A program made the position numbers and the translations under genes. This document shows, one piece after another, positions 34,974 to 45,053 of a stretch of DNA of 64,000 bases. The stretch is from a virus. Below the pieces are notes generated by a model. That model did not search any database, was not told the DNA's origin, and saw nothing but the letters and a program-made list of their open reading frames with translations. The stretch lies in IMG/VR virus record IMGVR_UViG_3300004481_000389; one strand, 5' to 3'. How positions within the stretch are numbered: position 1 is the first letter of the stretch; every line of letters begins with the position of its first letter.

Positions 34974-37900
34974 ATGTCAGGGTTAAAATCCGATGAATTA
35001 GGCTTTTTGATAGGAAAGCCGATCAACTTAACTGATCTACATGATGAGCTGTCAGATATTCACGGCGAATTATCAGAGATTAAGCAGCTCTTAAAGAAGG
35101 ATGCTGTTGTTGATATTTCTCCTGATTCCTTAGATCAGCTCACAAGTGCATTTAGTACAAATCTTGCCGCTGAAAATGAAAAAAATGCAGACAAGGCACC
35201 CGATAAAATAAGTGTACCTGGTGCAAGGGAAATAAAGAAGGAAGGCATCCCGTTTGCTAATCTGGATAGGCTAATTGCCAGTCAGCTTGATAATCATGCT
35301 GTCAACCAGAATGGCCAGAATGAAGCAGCTAAATTCCAGCCTCGTGATGCACATGGTCGCTTTACTTCTCCGGTCAATCCGGGTGAAGCCGTTAAAGTCC
35401 ATCAAGTCCGAAATGTGGCGAATAGTCTATCTATTCAAAATGCCCGGACTGATGGCCCTGGTGTTGAAAATCATAATCAGGATATAACGCAGAACACTTT
35501 AAATAATACGGTTTATAAGCGTTCCTCACAGGCAGAAAATATTGCCAGTCCTTCTACTCAAACAACGGTCAATAACAGCTCAAAAACAGCTGCAAAACGT
35601 GATGAAAAAGGCCGTTTTATTGCCAGCCCCTCGGCAAAAGAAGCAATTAGCACTCCCAAAAATCGCGGTGCAAATGGCCAATTTTTGCCAAAAGGGACCA
35701 ATTCTGAAAGTAATACACCGGATAAGGTCGGTGCTGAAAAGGATTCTATCGGCACTAAGATTAAAAATGTCGGTAGCAAAATTTCAGATGCAATCGGCGG
35801 TTTAGCCCAGGACAATGAACAGGCAGACCCAAGTGTTCAGGCTATGGGGGAAATCAAAGGGGTATTAAGCCCGGTTGGTCGCGGCCTGGGTAAATTATTC
35901 ACTGGCGGCAATGGTGGTGTAAGTCGTGGCCAGGACCGCTGGTATAGACGTTTCTTTAAGCAAAATGCTGAAAAGGCAAGAGCTGATGAGTTGGCCAACA
36001 AGCGAGAGCAGCGCCTACTTTCAAATATTGAAAAGAAAGAGGGTCCAGAGGTTGCATCCAATCATGGGTTAATGGCGACTTTGTTCCTGGCGTTTATGGG
36101 TGCATTGGCTGGATTGCTGGTTAAAGGATTCCAGGCATTAGCAACGCCGTTGCGGTTTTTAGGTTCATTTTTCAGCCCATTACTCAAAGCTTTACAGGCT
36201 CTTGCCCGTGCAATTGGCTTAAAGAAGCTTGCGGATCGGATCGGTTCGCCAGGCACGAAAAACCCCGGCAATAAATCCGGCGGGCCAGCTGGTACCGTAA
36301 AGGATAGCTCTACTAAAGGAGGCGCGGGTAAGGCGATATTAAAGAAATTGCCAATTGTTGGCGCTTTAATGTCGGCGGGCTTTTTGGGTAAAGAGCTTTA
36401 CGATATTTCTGAAAATGATGAAACCAGAGAGATTAAGACTAAGCAAGTCGGCTCGGCGGTCGGTTCTACTGTTGGCGGTGTTGGTGGTGCGCTTGGTGGT
36501 GCTGCAGCTGGTGCGGCGGTCGGCTCAGTGGTCCCATTGGTCGGTACTTTGGTCGGCGGTATTGTTGGCGCAGTCCTGGGCGGTATAGGTGGCGATAAAC
36601 TAGGGGGAATCCTGGGGGATAAATTCGGTGCTTGGGTCAATGACCTAAGATCATCGGGTTTTATTGATCGCATGTCCTATAGATGGGACGTTGGCGTAAA
36701 TGCCATGAGTATTATGTGGCGTGACTTTACCAGTCTGGCTTCATCGGTATGGTCCGGCATGGTTGCGGGCTTACAAGGTGGCTGGAATGCGGTAGTTAAT
36801 ACTACTCAACTTATGTGGCAAAACGTGAGCAGCGCGTTCACCTCGGCTACAGATTTTATTAAATCCACTTGGGCCACGACTGCAGCTGTTGTTGGTGGTG
36901 CGCTCGATACAGTATGGACCAGTCTAGGGGAGCTTGCCTCCCAGTTAAATGAAGCAATTAAGGCTAAAACTGGGGTAGATATTGCCCAGAATGTTGATGA
37001 CATGAAAAAGACCGTTGCTGGATGGGCCGATGGCCTAAAAGCAGCGGTGAATGATGTTTCAAACTCATTTAAAGAAAAGCTCGGCGGTATGTTTGAAGGA
37101 AGTTATTTAGGTGGCGTTTTTAGCCAGGCTCAGAATATGGCCGACACTAATAATGAGCCGCTTAGCACTTCAAAAGAACAAGATGCCAATCAAACAGGTG
37201 TACTTAACGCATTTTTGAAAGCTGGATTTACCAAAAACCAGGCAATCGCCTTAACCGCAGAAGTTGGTCGTGAAAATGACTATAACTCTAAAAACTTGTA
37301 TGGCTATCACAAGGATGCGGCAAACGGCGCTGTGAATATGGGTATGATCTCCTGGCAGGGCGATAGAGCCAAGCGTTTAGAAGAACACATGCAAAGCAAG
37401 GGCTTGATCAAAGACGGTAAAATGGTGAGAAGCCAGGCCGCTTTAGACGCTCAAGCTGAATTTGTTAAAAAAGAGATTGATGGCGGTCAATACAAGGCAA
37501 CTAAAAAGCTGTTTTCGGAAAGCCCAAATCTGGACCCCGAAGCTTATGCAAAAACACTGGGTAAAGACTATATTAAATGGGCCTATGGCCAGAATGTCCT
37601 TTCTAATGGCAATAGCTTTGATTGGAAAAAGCATGATGCAAAACGCAGAGGGTACAAGGTTAAGGCTGCTGCTAAAACAAGTACCGCTATTCCATTTAGA
37701 CCGGGATATAACGCGCAAACTGCTCAAGCGGCTATAGCGGAAAAAGGGAAAGGCCAGGCAACCAGTACGGCGGCACCCAAAGCGGATCAGAACACAGCTA
37801 ATGCACCTCAGACTGAAACTGTGACCGCTTCAATGGACGCGACCCAGGCAGAGGAAAAAGCAGCCCCTAACTCTATTGAAAGCTTGATGCAGACCGTTAA

Positions 37901-38186
37901 TAACTTTGATGGCATGTCAAATATTAAACATGCCGTTGTAACTATGCTCAAAAGCAGTGCCGAAGGCCCAGGGGTAGCGCAATATGCTCCACGTAAGACC
38001 CCAGTAGTACCAGCTGTGAACGTGTCAGCGGCACCGCCTATTGCAGAGGCCCCGAAAGTTAGTACACCAATTGCAAGCACTCAAACGGCCCAGGATTCCA
38101 ATAAGGCAATCGATGATGTATCGAGAGATTTATCAGACAGACGTATTGCTCACATTGTAACTGGCGCTTATTCAAGCCCGACCTGA
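34974..38186 (+). CDS. tape-measure / injection protein with a glycine-zipper membrane region and a tail-lysozyme-like domain (P1 Sit-like)
   Basis: GGVGGALGGAAAGAAVGSVVPLVGTLVGGIVGAVLGGIGG. AEVGRENDYNS...GMISWQGDRAKRLEEHM resembles the phage tail lysozyme motif. About 1070 aa. Confidence 0.6.
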   Translation: MSGLKSDELGFLIGKPINLTDLHDELSDIHGELSEIKQLLKKDAVVDISPDSLDQLTSAFSTNLAAENEKNADKAPDKISVPGAREIKKEGIPFANLDRLIASQLDNHAVNQNGQNEAAKFQPRDAHGRFTSPVNPGEAVKVHQVRNVANSLSIQNARTDGPGVENHNQDITQNTLNNTVYKRSSQAENIASPSTQTTVNNSSKTAAKRDEKGRFIASPSAKEAISTPKNRGANGQFLPKGTNSESNTPDKVGAEKDSIGTKIKNVGSKISDAIGGLAQDNEQADPSVQAMGEIKGVLSPVGRGLGKLFTGGNGGVSRGQDRWYRRFFKQNAEKARADELANKREQRLLSNIEKKEGPEVASNHGLMATLFLAFMGALAGLLVKGFQALATPLRFLGSFFSPLLKALQALARAIGLKKLADRIGSPGTKNPGNKSGGPAGTVKDSSTKGGAGKAILKKLPIVGALMSAGFLGKELYDISENDETREIKTKQVGSAVGSTVGGVGGALGGAAAGAAVGSVVPLVGTLVGGIVGAVLGGIGGDKLGGILGDKFGAWVNDLRSSGFIDRMSYRWDVGVNAMSIMWRDFTSLASSVWSGMVAGLQGGWNAVVNTTQLMWQNVSSAFTSATDFIKSTWATTAAVVGGALDTVWTSLGELASQLNEAIKAKTGVDIAQNVDDMKKTVAGWADGLKAAVNDVSNSFKEKLGGMFEGSYLGGVFSQAQNMADTNNEPLSTSKEQDANQTGVLNAFLKAGFTKNQAIALTAEVGRENDYNSKNLYGYHKDAANGAVNMGMISWQGDRAKRLEEHMQSKGLIKDGKMVRSQAALDAQAEFVKKEIDGGQYKATKKLFSESPNLDPEAYAKTLGKDYIKWAYGQNVLSNGNSFDWKKHDAKRRGYKVKAAAKTSTAIPFRPGYNAQTAQAAIAEKGKGQATSTAAPKADQNTANAPQTETVTASMDATQAEEKAAPNSIESLMQTVNNFDGMSNIKHAVVTMLKSSAEGPGVAQYAPRKTPVVPAVNVSAAPPIAEAPKVSTPIASTQTAQDSNKAIDDVSRDLSDRRIAHIVTGAYSSPT

Positions 38187-38240
38187 TCTAAACAGGAAAA
38201 CCAGAAAAAACCTCAAACAACATTGTGCCACATTTAAAGC

Positions 38241-38525
38241 ATGAAAACTTTAAATGGGCATGATGTTGCCGAAATGGTAGGCCACTGGACTGAAACCCCG
38301 ATGAATGGGTATTTAGGCAGTCCCTACGGACAAAACTTCAAATCTTTTTTACAGCAACCGCAAACTGTGGTTGTTGGAAATTCATTCATTCAAAAACTGC
38401 AAAAAGACGTTGATATTTTGCAAGTTTTACCCCCTGATGCAGTCAATATGTACTCAGTTCCTAAAGGTACTGATGGTGCGGAAGTGATTTTGTCTGTGGC
38501 AGGGCGCAAGTTCAATATAGGCTGA
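38241..38525 (+). CDS. hypothetical baseplate-module protein
   Basis: 94-aa ORF upstream of the J-like gene. Confidence 0.5.
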   Translation: MKTLNGHDVAEMVGHWTETPMNGYLGSPYGQNFKSFLQQPQTVVVGNSFIQKLQKDVDILQVLPPDAVNMYSVPKGTDGAEVILSVAGRKFNIG

Positions 38526-38529
38526 AATT

Positions 38530-40023
38530 ATGATCACTAAACAAGAATTTTCGCAGTCTGCTTTTGCAACTATCGGTGATTATCCAACCCTTGAGATTTT
38601 GTACCAGGCAAAGGACCCTCGACTACTACAACACATTGATGCGATAGCAACGATGCTTTCGATGTTCTCAGCACAACTGGAAGTTGCTCAGGCAGAGCCT
38701 TTTGAAAAAACCAAGCAAAGCACCGTACTTGCAGATGCGGCCATGCGGGGCGTGATCCCTAAAGCAGTACCGACCGTGCTATCTATCAAGATCGAAAATG
38801 ATGCAGTAGAAGCCGTGTCAATTGGCGCGGGGCGTATTTTGCTAGATTCTAGCGGCCGATCTTTAAGAGTAGATAATTCAGTAAGTGTAAATGCTAAAGG
38901 CACTGGCTATGTCACAGCTACTCAGTTATATGACCTTAAAACAGTGCATACCGTGACTGAAAGCCGACCGTTTTATGAGATTCCTTTGCCTATGAAAAAT
39001 GAGGAATCACTTTTATCAGGCGTTCGCGTTTTTGACGAGGCTGGTAATGAATATACCTATAGTGATAGGTATGTTGCGATTAATGCTGATGACAAAGTTT
39101 TCCATATTGAAGTTGATGAAAAGCAAAACTTTTATGTGCGCTTTGGTTATAAGGGTATTGTCGGCGTTCAACCTCCTAAAAATGCACAAATTACAGTCCA
39201 GGCCTTTTATACATTTGGTTTAGTTGATTCCTACTTACAAGGGGATCAAGTTGTTTTTGAGGTAAATCAATCTCTAAATGATGCCTATGTAAAACTTTCA
39301 ATTGATGCAGTTAAAACAGTCGGTGAGGCACCAATTTCTACAGCGGTTTTACGCGAATTAACCAAATATCCAAGCGTATATAATAAAAACGCCGTTTATT
39401 TAGGTGAGTTTGATTATTTAATTCGCAGTAATTTTCCTCATTTGGCCTTTCTATCTGTCTGGAATGAAGCAGCGGAAGAAATTGCTAGAGCGCCAAGTAC
39501 GGACAATATTAATAGCCTATTTATTGCTGTGGTGGGTGACACTGGCCAGGAAGGTTATGATCTATACGCACCAGGTAAAAAACCTACGGAGGTTACTCAA
39601 TTAACCCCATTGCAGCAAAGTATTAAGACTGCTGTTTATAAGGCTGATGATACCTACCGAGTGCGTTTTTTCCGGCCATTGGTTCGGGAAATCGCCGTAT
39701 CCATTACTGCCAACGTTTCTACTTCTTATGATCAGGATGTTGTTAAAAAGCAGATTCAAACAGCTGTTATAGAAAAGTATGGCCAGGATTCAGTAGTAAT
39801 GAGTAGAGGTAAGGCAAAACCTAAATACCAGGATCTTTATAACCATATTAAAAAAAATGTATCGGCCTTAGCGGTCGGTAGTGCTGACTTAAAAATTGTT
39901 CTTGAGGATCTAGGCCAGTTTGATGCCTATCCTGAAATCTGGCAATACATTGATGTAAGTAAGTTGGACATTGTGGTGAATGTAGAAAACGTATCTACAA
40001 ACTCCTGGGGGGTCGGATTCTAA
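38530..40023 (+). CDS. baseplate J-like wedge protein
   Basis: 497 aa. Position, plus an N-terminal pattern (DPRLLQHIDAIATML...AEPFEKT...LADAAMRGV) typical of the J/gp47 family. Confidence 0.45.
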   Translation: MITKQEFSQSAFATIGDYPTLEILYQAKDPRLLQHIDAIATMLSMFSAQLEVAQAEPFEKTKQSTVLADAAMRGVIPKAVPTVLSIKIENDAVEAVSIGAGRILLDSSGRSLRVDNSVSVNAKGTGYVTATQLYDLKTVHTVTESRPFYEIPLPMKNEESLLSGVRVFDEAGNEYTYSDRYVAINADDKVFHIEVDEKQNFYVRFGYKGIVGVQPPKNAQITVQAFYTFGLVDSYLQGDQVVFEVNQSLNDAYVKLSIDAVKTVGEAPISTAVLRELTKYPSVYNKNAVYLGEFDYLIRSNFPHLAFLSVWNEAAEEIARAPSTDNINSLFIAVVGDTGQEGYDLYAPGKKPTEVTQLTPLQQSIKTAVYKADDTYRVRFFRPLVREIAVSITANVSTSYDQDVVKKQIQTAVIEKYGQDSVVMSRGKAKPKYQDLYNHIKKNVSALAVGSADLKIVLEDLGQFDAYPEIWQYIDVSKLDIVVNVENVSTNSWGVGF

Positions 40024-40682
40024 TGTTCGACTTTCAGGCCTCAGTTATCCCTCAGATGACCCCACTTCAAAAGAGTTATACCAATAATTCTTTTGAACGG
40101 GAAATCAAAGAGCTATTTATCGATCTGTTTAAAACCCATTTAGGTGAGGCAACTTTTAACGCTTTTGTACTGGGTTCGCCGCATTTGGGTAGCTTCGACC
40201 TGGTGCGTAAAAGTATCAATACAGATGGTATTTCATTGTTGCAAAGTAATGTTGAAGAAGCCACGACCCGATATTTGTATCGCGCCTGGAAATCGGGGGA
40301 CGTTCAAAAGCGCGGCCTCCATATCTTGCGGGTTTATGTGAAATTGCTATTTGGTAGCTTGGCAGAAGTTACCCAGCTGCAGCACAGTATTCATGAGCCT
40401 TATCCGACTAAACTTGTTGAATATAAGCCTGGTGATCCTCTATTGCCAGACCATTACCTAACATCGCGTGTGTATGTGGATATTGATGCTTCTTTTGCAG
40501 ATGAATCAATTAAGCGTATTGCAAGCAGTGTGCAGTCAATCCTGGCTGCTCGTTTTGTTCCTGAGATTCGTTTCAAAACCCTATCGACCCGTTCAAGCAT
40601 GACATTCCTATTTGCAAATAACAGCGGACTAAGAGCGCACTTTATAGCAACAGGTACATTGGTGAATAACAATGGCAATTAA
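40023..40682 (+). CDS. tail protein I-like (P2 gpI family)
   Basis: 219 aa, coupled to the J-like gene (TAATG). Loosely collinear with P2 gpI as I recall it. Confidence 0.4.
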   Translation: MFDFQASVIPQMTPLQKSYTNNSFEREIKELFIDLFKTHLGEATFNAFVLGSPHLGSFDLVRKSINTDGISLLQSNVEEATTRYLYRAWKSGDVQKRGLHILRVYVKLLFGSLAEVTQLQHSIHEPYPTKLVEYKPGDPLLPDHYLTSRVYVDIDASFADESIKRIASSVQSILAARFVPEIRFKTLSTRSSMTFLFANNSGLRAHFIATGTLVNNNGN

Positions 40683-43600
40683 CTTAGCATTAACCCTTAC
40701 TTTAGATGGTAGAGATGCGTTCTGGAATAGTGGAAATACAGGTACAAAGCTTGATATTACACACTTGCAATTTGGTACTCGAAACCGCTTACCAACGGGT
40801 GAGGAATCTCTTTTAAGCTTACCAAAGCAATCAGTAAAGATTCAAAACGGCAATAAGATCGGACCAGATCAGGTTCGGATTATGGCCACAATGCCAGGGA
40901 TTGAAAACTATAACGTCACGGAAATCGGTTTATGGTCCGGTGAGCCTGGGCTTGTGGGCAGTATTTTAGTTGCTTATACATCGGTGAGGACTGGATATAT
41001 TGCCCAGATGGTTAATGGCATTGATCTAGTGTTTACCTATGACATGGTAATTGCTACAACGGATATTGATAAAATTAATATCGTTAAGGATACTGATCAA
41101 AGCTCGACTTTTTCCCTGCTTGCGGCGCATGAAACAGATAGAAATGCTCATCCTTTTTATGTGACAACTGATACGGCTCAGACTATTTCTGGCGCTAAAA
41201 CTTTCACAAATAAGGCGATTTTTTCAGGTGGCTTGACGGGTGAGTTGACAGGTAATGCAGCCACGGCCACACAGCTTGAAACACCCCGAACGATTGGCGG
41301 TGTAAGCTTTAATGGTACTGCAAATATCAACCTACCTGGCGTGAATATTGCGGGTAATCAAAACACCTCCGGGAATGCTGCAACCGCTTCAAAATTGGCG
41401 GCGGCGGTTCTAGTCGGTGGTATTGCTTTTGATGGCTCGGCTGCAATTAACCTACCTGGCGTAAATATTGCGGGCAATCAAAACACCTCCGGGAATGCTG
41501 CAACCGCAACTAAACTCCAAACAGCTCGAACTATTGCCTTGAGTGGCGCGGTTACAGGTACAGCGACGAACTTTGACGGTTCGGAAAACATCACCATTGC
41601 AACAACTTCAATTGATGGCTCTAAGATCAACACGGGCACAATTCCTGCGGAGCGAATTCCAACGCTAAACCAAAACACAACTGGTTCAGCCAAAGTGGTT
41701 CTTAATCAGGGCAATGTGGCACCTTTAACAGGTACAGCTTCTCCTGAACGTGGCTTGAGCATGGTTCAAGGCTACAACAATGGCTACCCACACGCTTACG
41801 GCAACTCACTACGGTTAGGTGGTCATGGTCAGGGCGAGATTTATGTAGGTTGGTCGGATTTAAATGGTGGCTTAGCCCCTTCATTCATCCGAAATAAGCG
41901 TGATAATGCGGATGCCAATTGGAGCGCATGGCGCGAGATTGTGTTTAAGGATGAAATTGGCACACTGAGCGCAGCCACAGCGACTAAACTTGCAACGGCT
42001 CGCACGATTGGCGGTGTGAGCTTTGACGGTACAGCGGACATCAACCTACCAGGCGTTAACACGACAGGTAATCAATCAACAACTGGAAATGCAGCCACAG
42101 CGACTAAACTTGCCACAGCTCGCTCAATTAACGGTGTGGGCTTTGATGGTACAGCTAATATTACGATTGCGGATAATACTAAATTGCCGTTAACTGGCGG
42201 TACATTAACTGGCGGTTTAACTGCACCCAATCTTACGGCTACTGGTAGTATAAACGCTACTACGTGTGGTGTTACTGGAATGGGTAATTATTCCCCAACA
42301 GGACAGGGTGCATACCTTTCATGGAATAGAAATGATGGAGGGGGTAGAACTGACTTTATTAATAATAGAGGTGGGGGTGCAGGTGGTTTTGATTGGTGGA
42401 ATGGAAACGAAAGTAGTTACACCCAAGTAATGAGTCTAGACCAAAGCGGAGTATTATCAACTAAAGGCGGTTTTAACGGTAACGCTGCATCTGCAACTAA
42501 ATTACAAACTGCTAGAACTATCAACGGTGTTAGCTTTGACGGTACATCCAATATTACTATTGCAGCTGAAACCCCTTCTATTACATTAATTAATAGCGAT
42601 GCTACTCTGGCTTCTGCAACGACACCCGGTTTATATTCTGTTGCTGGATATTCAATAGCAGGATTGTACGACTATGGATTATTGAGAGTTTGGTCGTTTG
42701 GCGGTGTATGGAATCAGATGTTCATTTCACATAACTCCAATTCTAACGGATCTGTCGCAATTAGACAATCATGGAATGGTACAGCAGGATATAATGCATG
42801 GAGAGTAATAGATAGTCCTAACGTAGGGGGCAACGCTGCCACTGCAACTAAACTCCAAACGGCTCGCACGATCAATGGCGTAAGCTTTGACGGCACGGCA
42901 AACATTACCGTTGCGGATAGTACTAAATTACCATTAACCGGTGGTACAATTAATGGTAGTATCACAACCACAAATTTGTCTGTACGTTCAGGCTTAATCA
43001 ATTCGGATGACAATAATCACTATATAGATATAGGTAAAGACGGTGTAGACCGAATGAATTTTGGCTCTTATGGCGGTATTTTTAATTTTTATAATACTAA
43101 TAAAGGGACCGGTACTGAGTCTACAATTGGAGTGTCCATTGCCAACAATAAAGTTAAAGCGACTACGTTTGAGGGAGCATTAACCGGCAATGCTGCAACG
43201 GCAACCAAACTTGCAACAGCACGTACAATTAATGGCATGGCATTTGATGGTACAGCTAATATTACTATTACGGATAATACTAAATTACCATTAGCTGGTG
43301 GCACAATTACAGGCAGTTTAAATGTAAGCGATACAATCACTGTTACCGGTGTAGGTGATCATGCAAATGCATTTAAGAAGCTTATTCAAGCTGATACTAC
43401 TACAGATGGCGGATATATTGCAGTAGGTAATAATGGTTCTGATAAAGGTTACGTTGAAATTGGCACGATTGATGATCCTGATGCTGCAATTTGTGCGCGA
43501 AAAAGAAATGCTGCCAATACAGTTATTGATGAAGCTTATATTTTAGGGTCTGATGGTAATACCTCTTTTCCTAAATCAGTATTTATACATAATGTTCCAT

Positions 43601-44361
43601 CTGGATATGGGACATGTGGATTAGTTGCAGGTACCGCTGACAATGCTAGATATGATGGGTGTAATATAGACATTACATCGTGGTTTGGGGTCGGGATTAA
43701 AGCTTCAAACAGTGGCGAAAGAACAGTAGTTTTTAATGCTAGAACTGGTGATATATCTAATAAAGGTTCAATTAATACTGTTGGATTGGTAAACGGTAAA
43801 GGATTGGGAGTCACTAGCGCAGATGGGTTGGGAAGTGGATTATCTTTGTATAACGGAGCAGTGGATGGGTTGCCAACTTACGGTATCGCGTTTGCTCAAA
43901 TACAGCATCACGGAGGATATGGTTATGTAGATGGTGATTGGGCGACTTATTTTACTATGGAAGGTGCTTATAATCGTGGATGGATTTTTAAGTCGCATAC
44001 TCGTGGAAATGTAGCTTCAATTAGTTCAACAGGTGATGCATATTTTAATGGTGTGATTAGTGCTGAGAAGTACCACACAAGAAATAAATCAATTGCCGCA
44101 ACTGGTTATACTCCATTAACCAATGGTGTGATTCTGCAATGGGGCACTAATCTGGTAGAAGGTGATAGTGATTTAACTGTAACTTTCCCGGTTGCTTTCC
44201 CTAACGGCTTTCTTAGTGCACAGGCTTCGCTAGGTATGAACAACTGGTCAGTAAGAGGTGATGCGGGTTGTGGTGCTCATAGTCCCACAAATACAACTTT
44301 GGTAATTCGTAATGGTGCGGGTCCAGCGGGTGATCTTTTCTGGCTGGCAATTGGATATTAA
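40672..44361 (+). CDS. tail fibre protein
   Basis: At least eight copies of GNAATATKLxTARTIxGVxFDGTANI. The C-terminal tip reads GVILQWG...FPVAFPNGF...WLAIGY. Confidence 0.85.
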   Translation: MAINLALTLTLDGRDAFWNSGNTGTKLDITHLQFGTRNRLPTGEESLLSLPKQSVKIQNGNKIGPDQVRIMATMPGIENYNVTEIGLWSGEPGLVGSILVAYTSVRTGYIAQMVNGIDLVFTYDMVIATTDIDKINIVKDTDQSSTFSLLAAHETDRNAHPFYVTTDTAQTISGAKTFTNKAIFSGGLTGELTGNAATATQLETPRTIGGVSFNGTANINLPGVNIAGNQNTSGNAATASKLAAAVLVGGIAFDGSAAINLPGVNIAGNQNTSGNAATATKLQTARTIALSGAVTGTATNFDGSENITIATTSIDGSKINTGTIPAERIPTLNQNTTGSAKVVLNQGNVAPLTGTASPERGLSMVQGYNNGYPHAYGNSLRLGGHGQGEIYVGWSDLNGGLAPSFIRNKRDNADANWSAWREIVFKDEIGTLSAATATKLATARTIGGVSFDGTADINLPGVNTTGNQSTTGNAATATKLATARSINGVGFDGTANITIADNTKLPLTGGTLTGGLTAPNLTATGSINATTCGVTGMGNYSPTGQGAYLSWNRNDGGGRTDFINNRGGGAGGFDWWNGNESSYTQVMSLDQSGVLSTKGGFNGNAASATKLQTARTINGVSFDGTSNITIAAETPSITLINSDATLASATTPGLYSVAGYSIAGLYDYGLLRVWSFGGVWNQMFISHNSNSNGSVAIRQSWNGTAGYNAWRVIDSPNVGGNAATATKLQTARTINGVSFDGTANITVADSTKLPLTGGTINGSITTTNLSVRSGLINSDDNNHYIDIGKDGVDRMNFGSYGGIFNFYNTNKGTGTESTIGVSIANNKVKATTFEGALTGNAATATKLATARTINGMAFDGTANITITDNTKLPLAGGTITGSLNVSDTITVTGVGDHANAFKKLIQADTTTDGGYIAVGNNGSDKGYVEIGTIDDPDAAICARKRNAANTVIDEAYILGSDGNTSFPKSVFIHNVPSGYGTCGLVAGTADNARYDGCNIDITSWFGVGIKASNSGERTVVFNARTGDISNKGSINTVGLVNGKGLGVTSADGLGSGLSLYNGAVDGLPTYGIAFAQIQHHGGYGYVDGDWATYFTMEGAYNRGWIFKSHTRGNVASISSTGDAYFNGVISAEKYHTRNKSIAATGYTPLTNGVILQWGTNLVEGDSDLTVTFPVAFPNGFLSAQASLGMNNWSVRGDAGCGAHSPTNTTLVIRNGAGPAGDLFWLAIGY
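41251..43315 (+). repeat. in-gene tail-fibre repeat modules (~40 aa, GNAATATKL...DGTANIT)
   Basis: Repeated peptide and DNA modules read directly. They are interrupted by AT-richer unique segments. Confidence 0.8.
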
Positions 44362-44373
44362 TTAGGTGTAGCA

Positions 44374-44874
44374 ATGAGTATTAAATTTAGTGAAAAAAAT
44401 CAAGCGTTTTATGATTTAGTTTTGGACTATGGTGATCTACCTGATGATCTGGTTGATATAAACAAGGATCTACACATGGATTTACTTGCAGCGATCAATG
44501 CGGGTCACTATATTTCTTCTGAATTGAAGATTTCAAAAGAAACTAGAAAATCAATATTTGAAAAATGGAATGGTGAGGCTTGGGTTGACCCTAGAAATTC
44601 AGAAGAAATTAAAGCAGCTGAGTTTAGAAAACTGACACCATTAACCCGTAGACAGTTTCGGATGGCCTTTATTTTAAATGGCTATGACCTAGACGCAATT
44701 AAGGCCAAGATCCTAGAAATTGAGGATATTCAAACTCGCCAGCTAACCTTAGTGGAATGGGAAGATGCAGTCACATTTGAGCGTGATAATGCTTCACTGG
44801 TTATGATGGCTGGATTACTAGGCCTGGATGATGATCAGGTTAATGCCATGTGGAAACAAGCATTAACGCTATAA
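44374..44874 (+). CDS. tail-fibre accessory/assembly protein (DUF4376-like C-terminus)
   Basis: KLTPLTRRQFRMAFILNG...LVEWEDAVTFERDNASLVMMAGLLGLDDDQVNAMWKQA. Lies immediately after the fibre gene. Confidence 0.5.
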   Translation: MSIKFSEKNQAFYDLVLDYGDLPDDLVDINKDLHMDLLAAINAGHYISSELKISKETRKSIFEKWNGEAWVDPRNSEEIKAAEFRKLTPLTRRQFRMAFILNGYDLDAIKAKILEIEDIQTRQLTLVEWEDAVTFERDNASLVMMAGLLGLDDDQVNAMWKQALTL

Positions 44875-44957
44875 AAATGTACTGGTTATTGAAGTGGTTA
44901 TTCATTCGTGAGTAATCACTTTTTTTATATATAAAAACAGCAACTTAAAATCCTATG

Positions 44958-44978
44958 TGATGCGTACAGTACGCATCA
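44958..44978. other. 21-bp perfect palindrome TGATGCGTAC-A-GTACGCATCA, candidate recombinase core site
   Basis: Lies 76 bp upstream of int. It can be read as 7-bp arms flanking a 7-bp central region. Confidence 0.3.
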
Positions 44979-45053
44979 TACAAAAGCCTTGTATTTCAAT
45001 TGAAAGCGCATTAATGTGGATCATAAGACTAACCAAAAAAATACAGACTTCCC

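Noticed and set aside
36398-36673. 91-aa Pro/Thr-rich antisense ORF
   Set aside because: It is the reverse-complement shadow of the Gly/Ala-rich (GGN/GCN) segment of the tape-measure gene.
44875-45053. A tRNA gene or tRNA 3' fragment as attP next to the P4-type integrase
   Set aside because: I found no T-arm-like GGTTCGAATCC-type sequence or cloverleaf in this region or elsewhere in the intergenic DNA. Only the palindrome and short direct repeats are reported.
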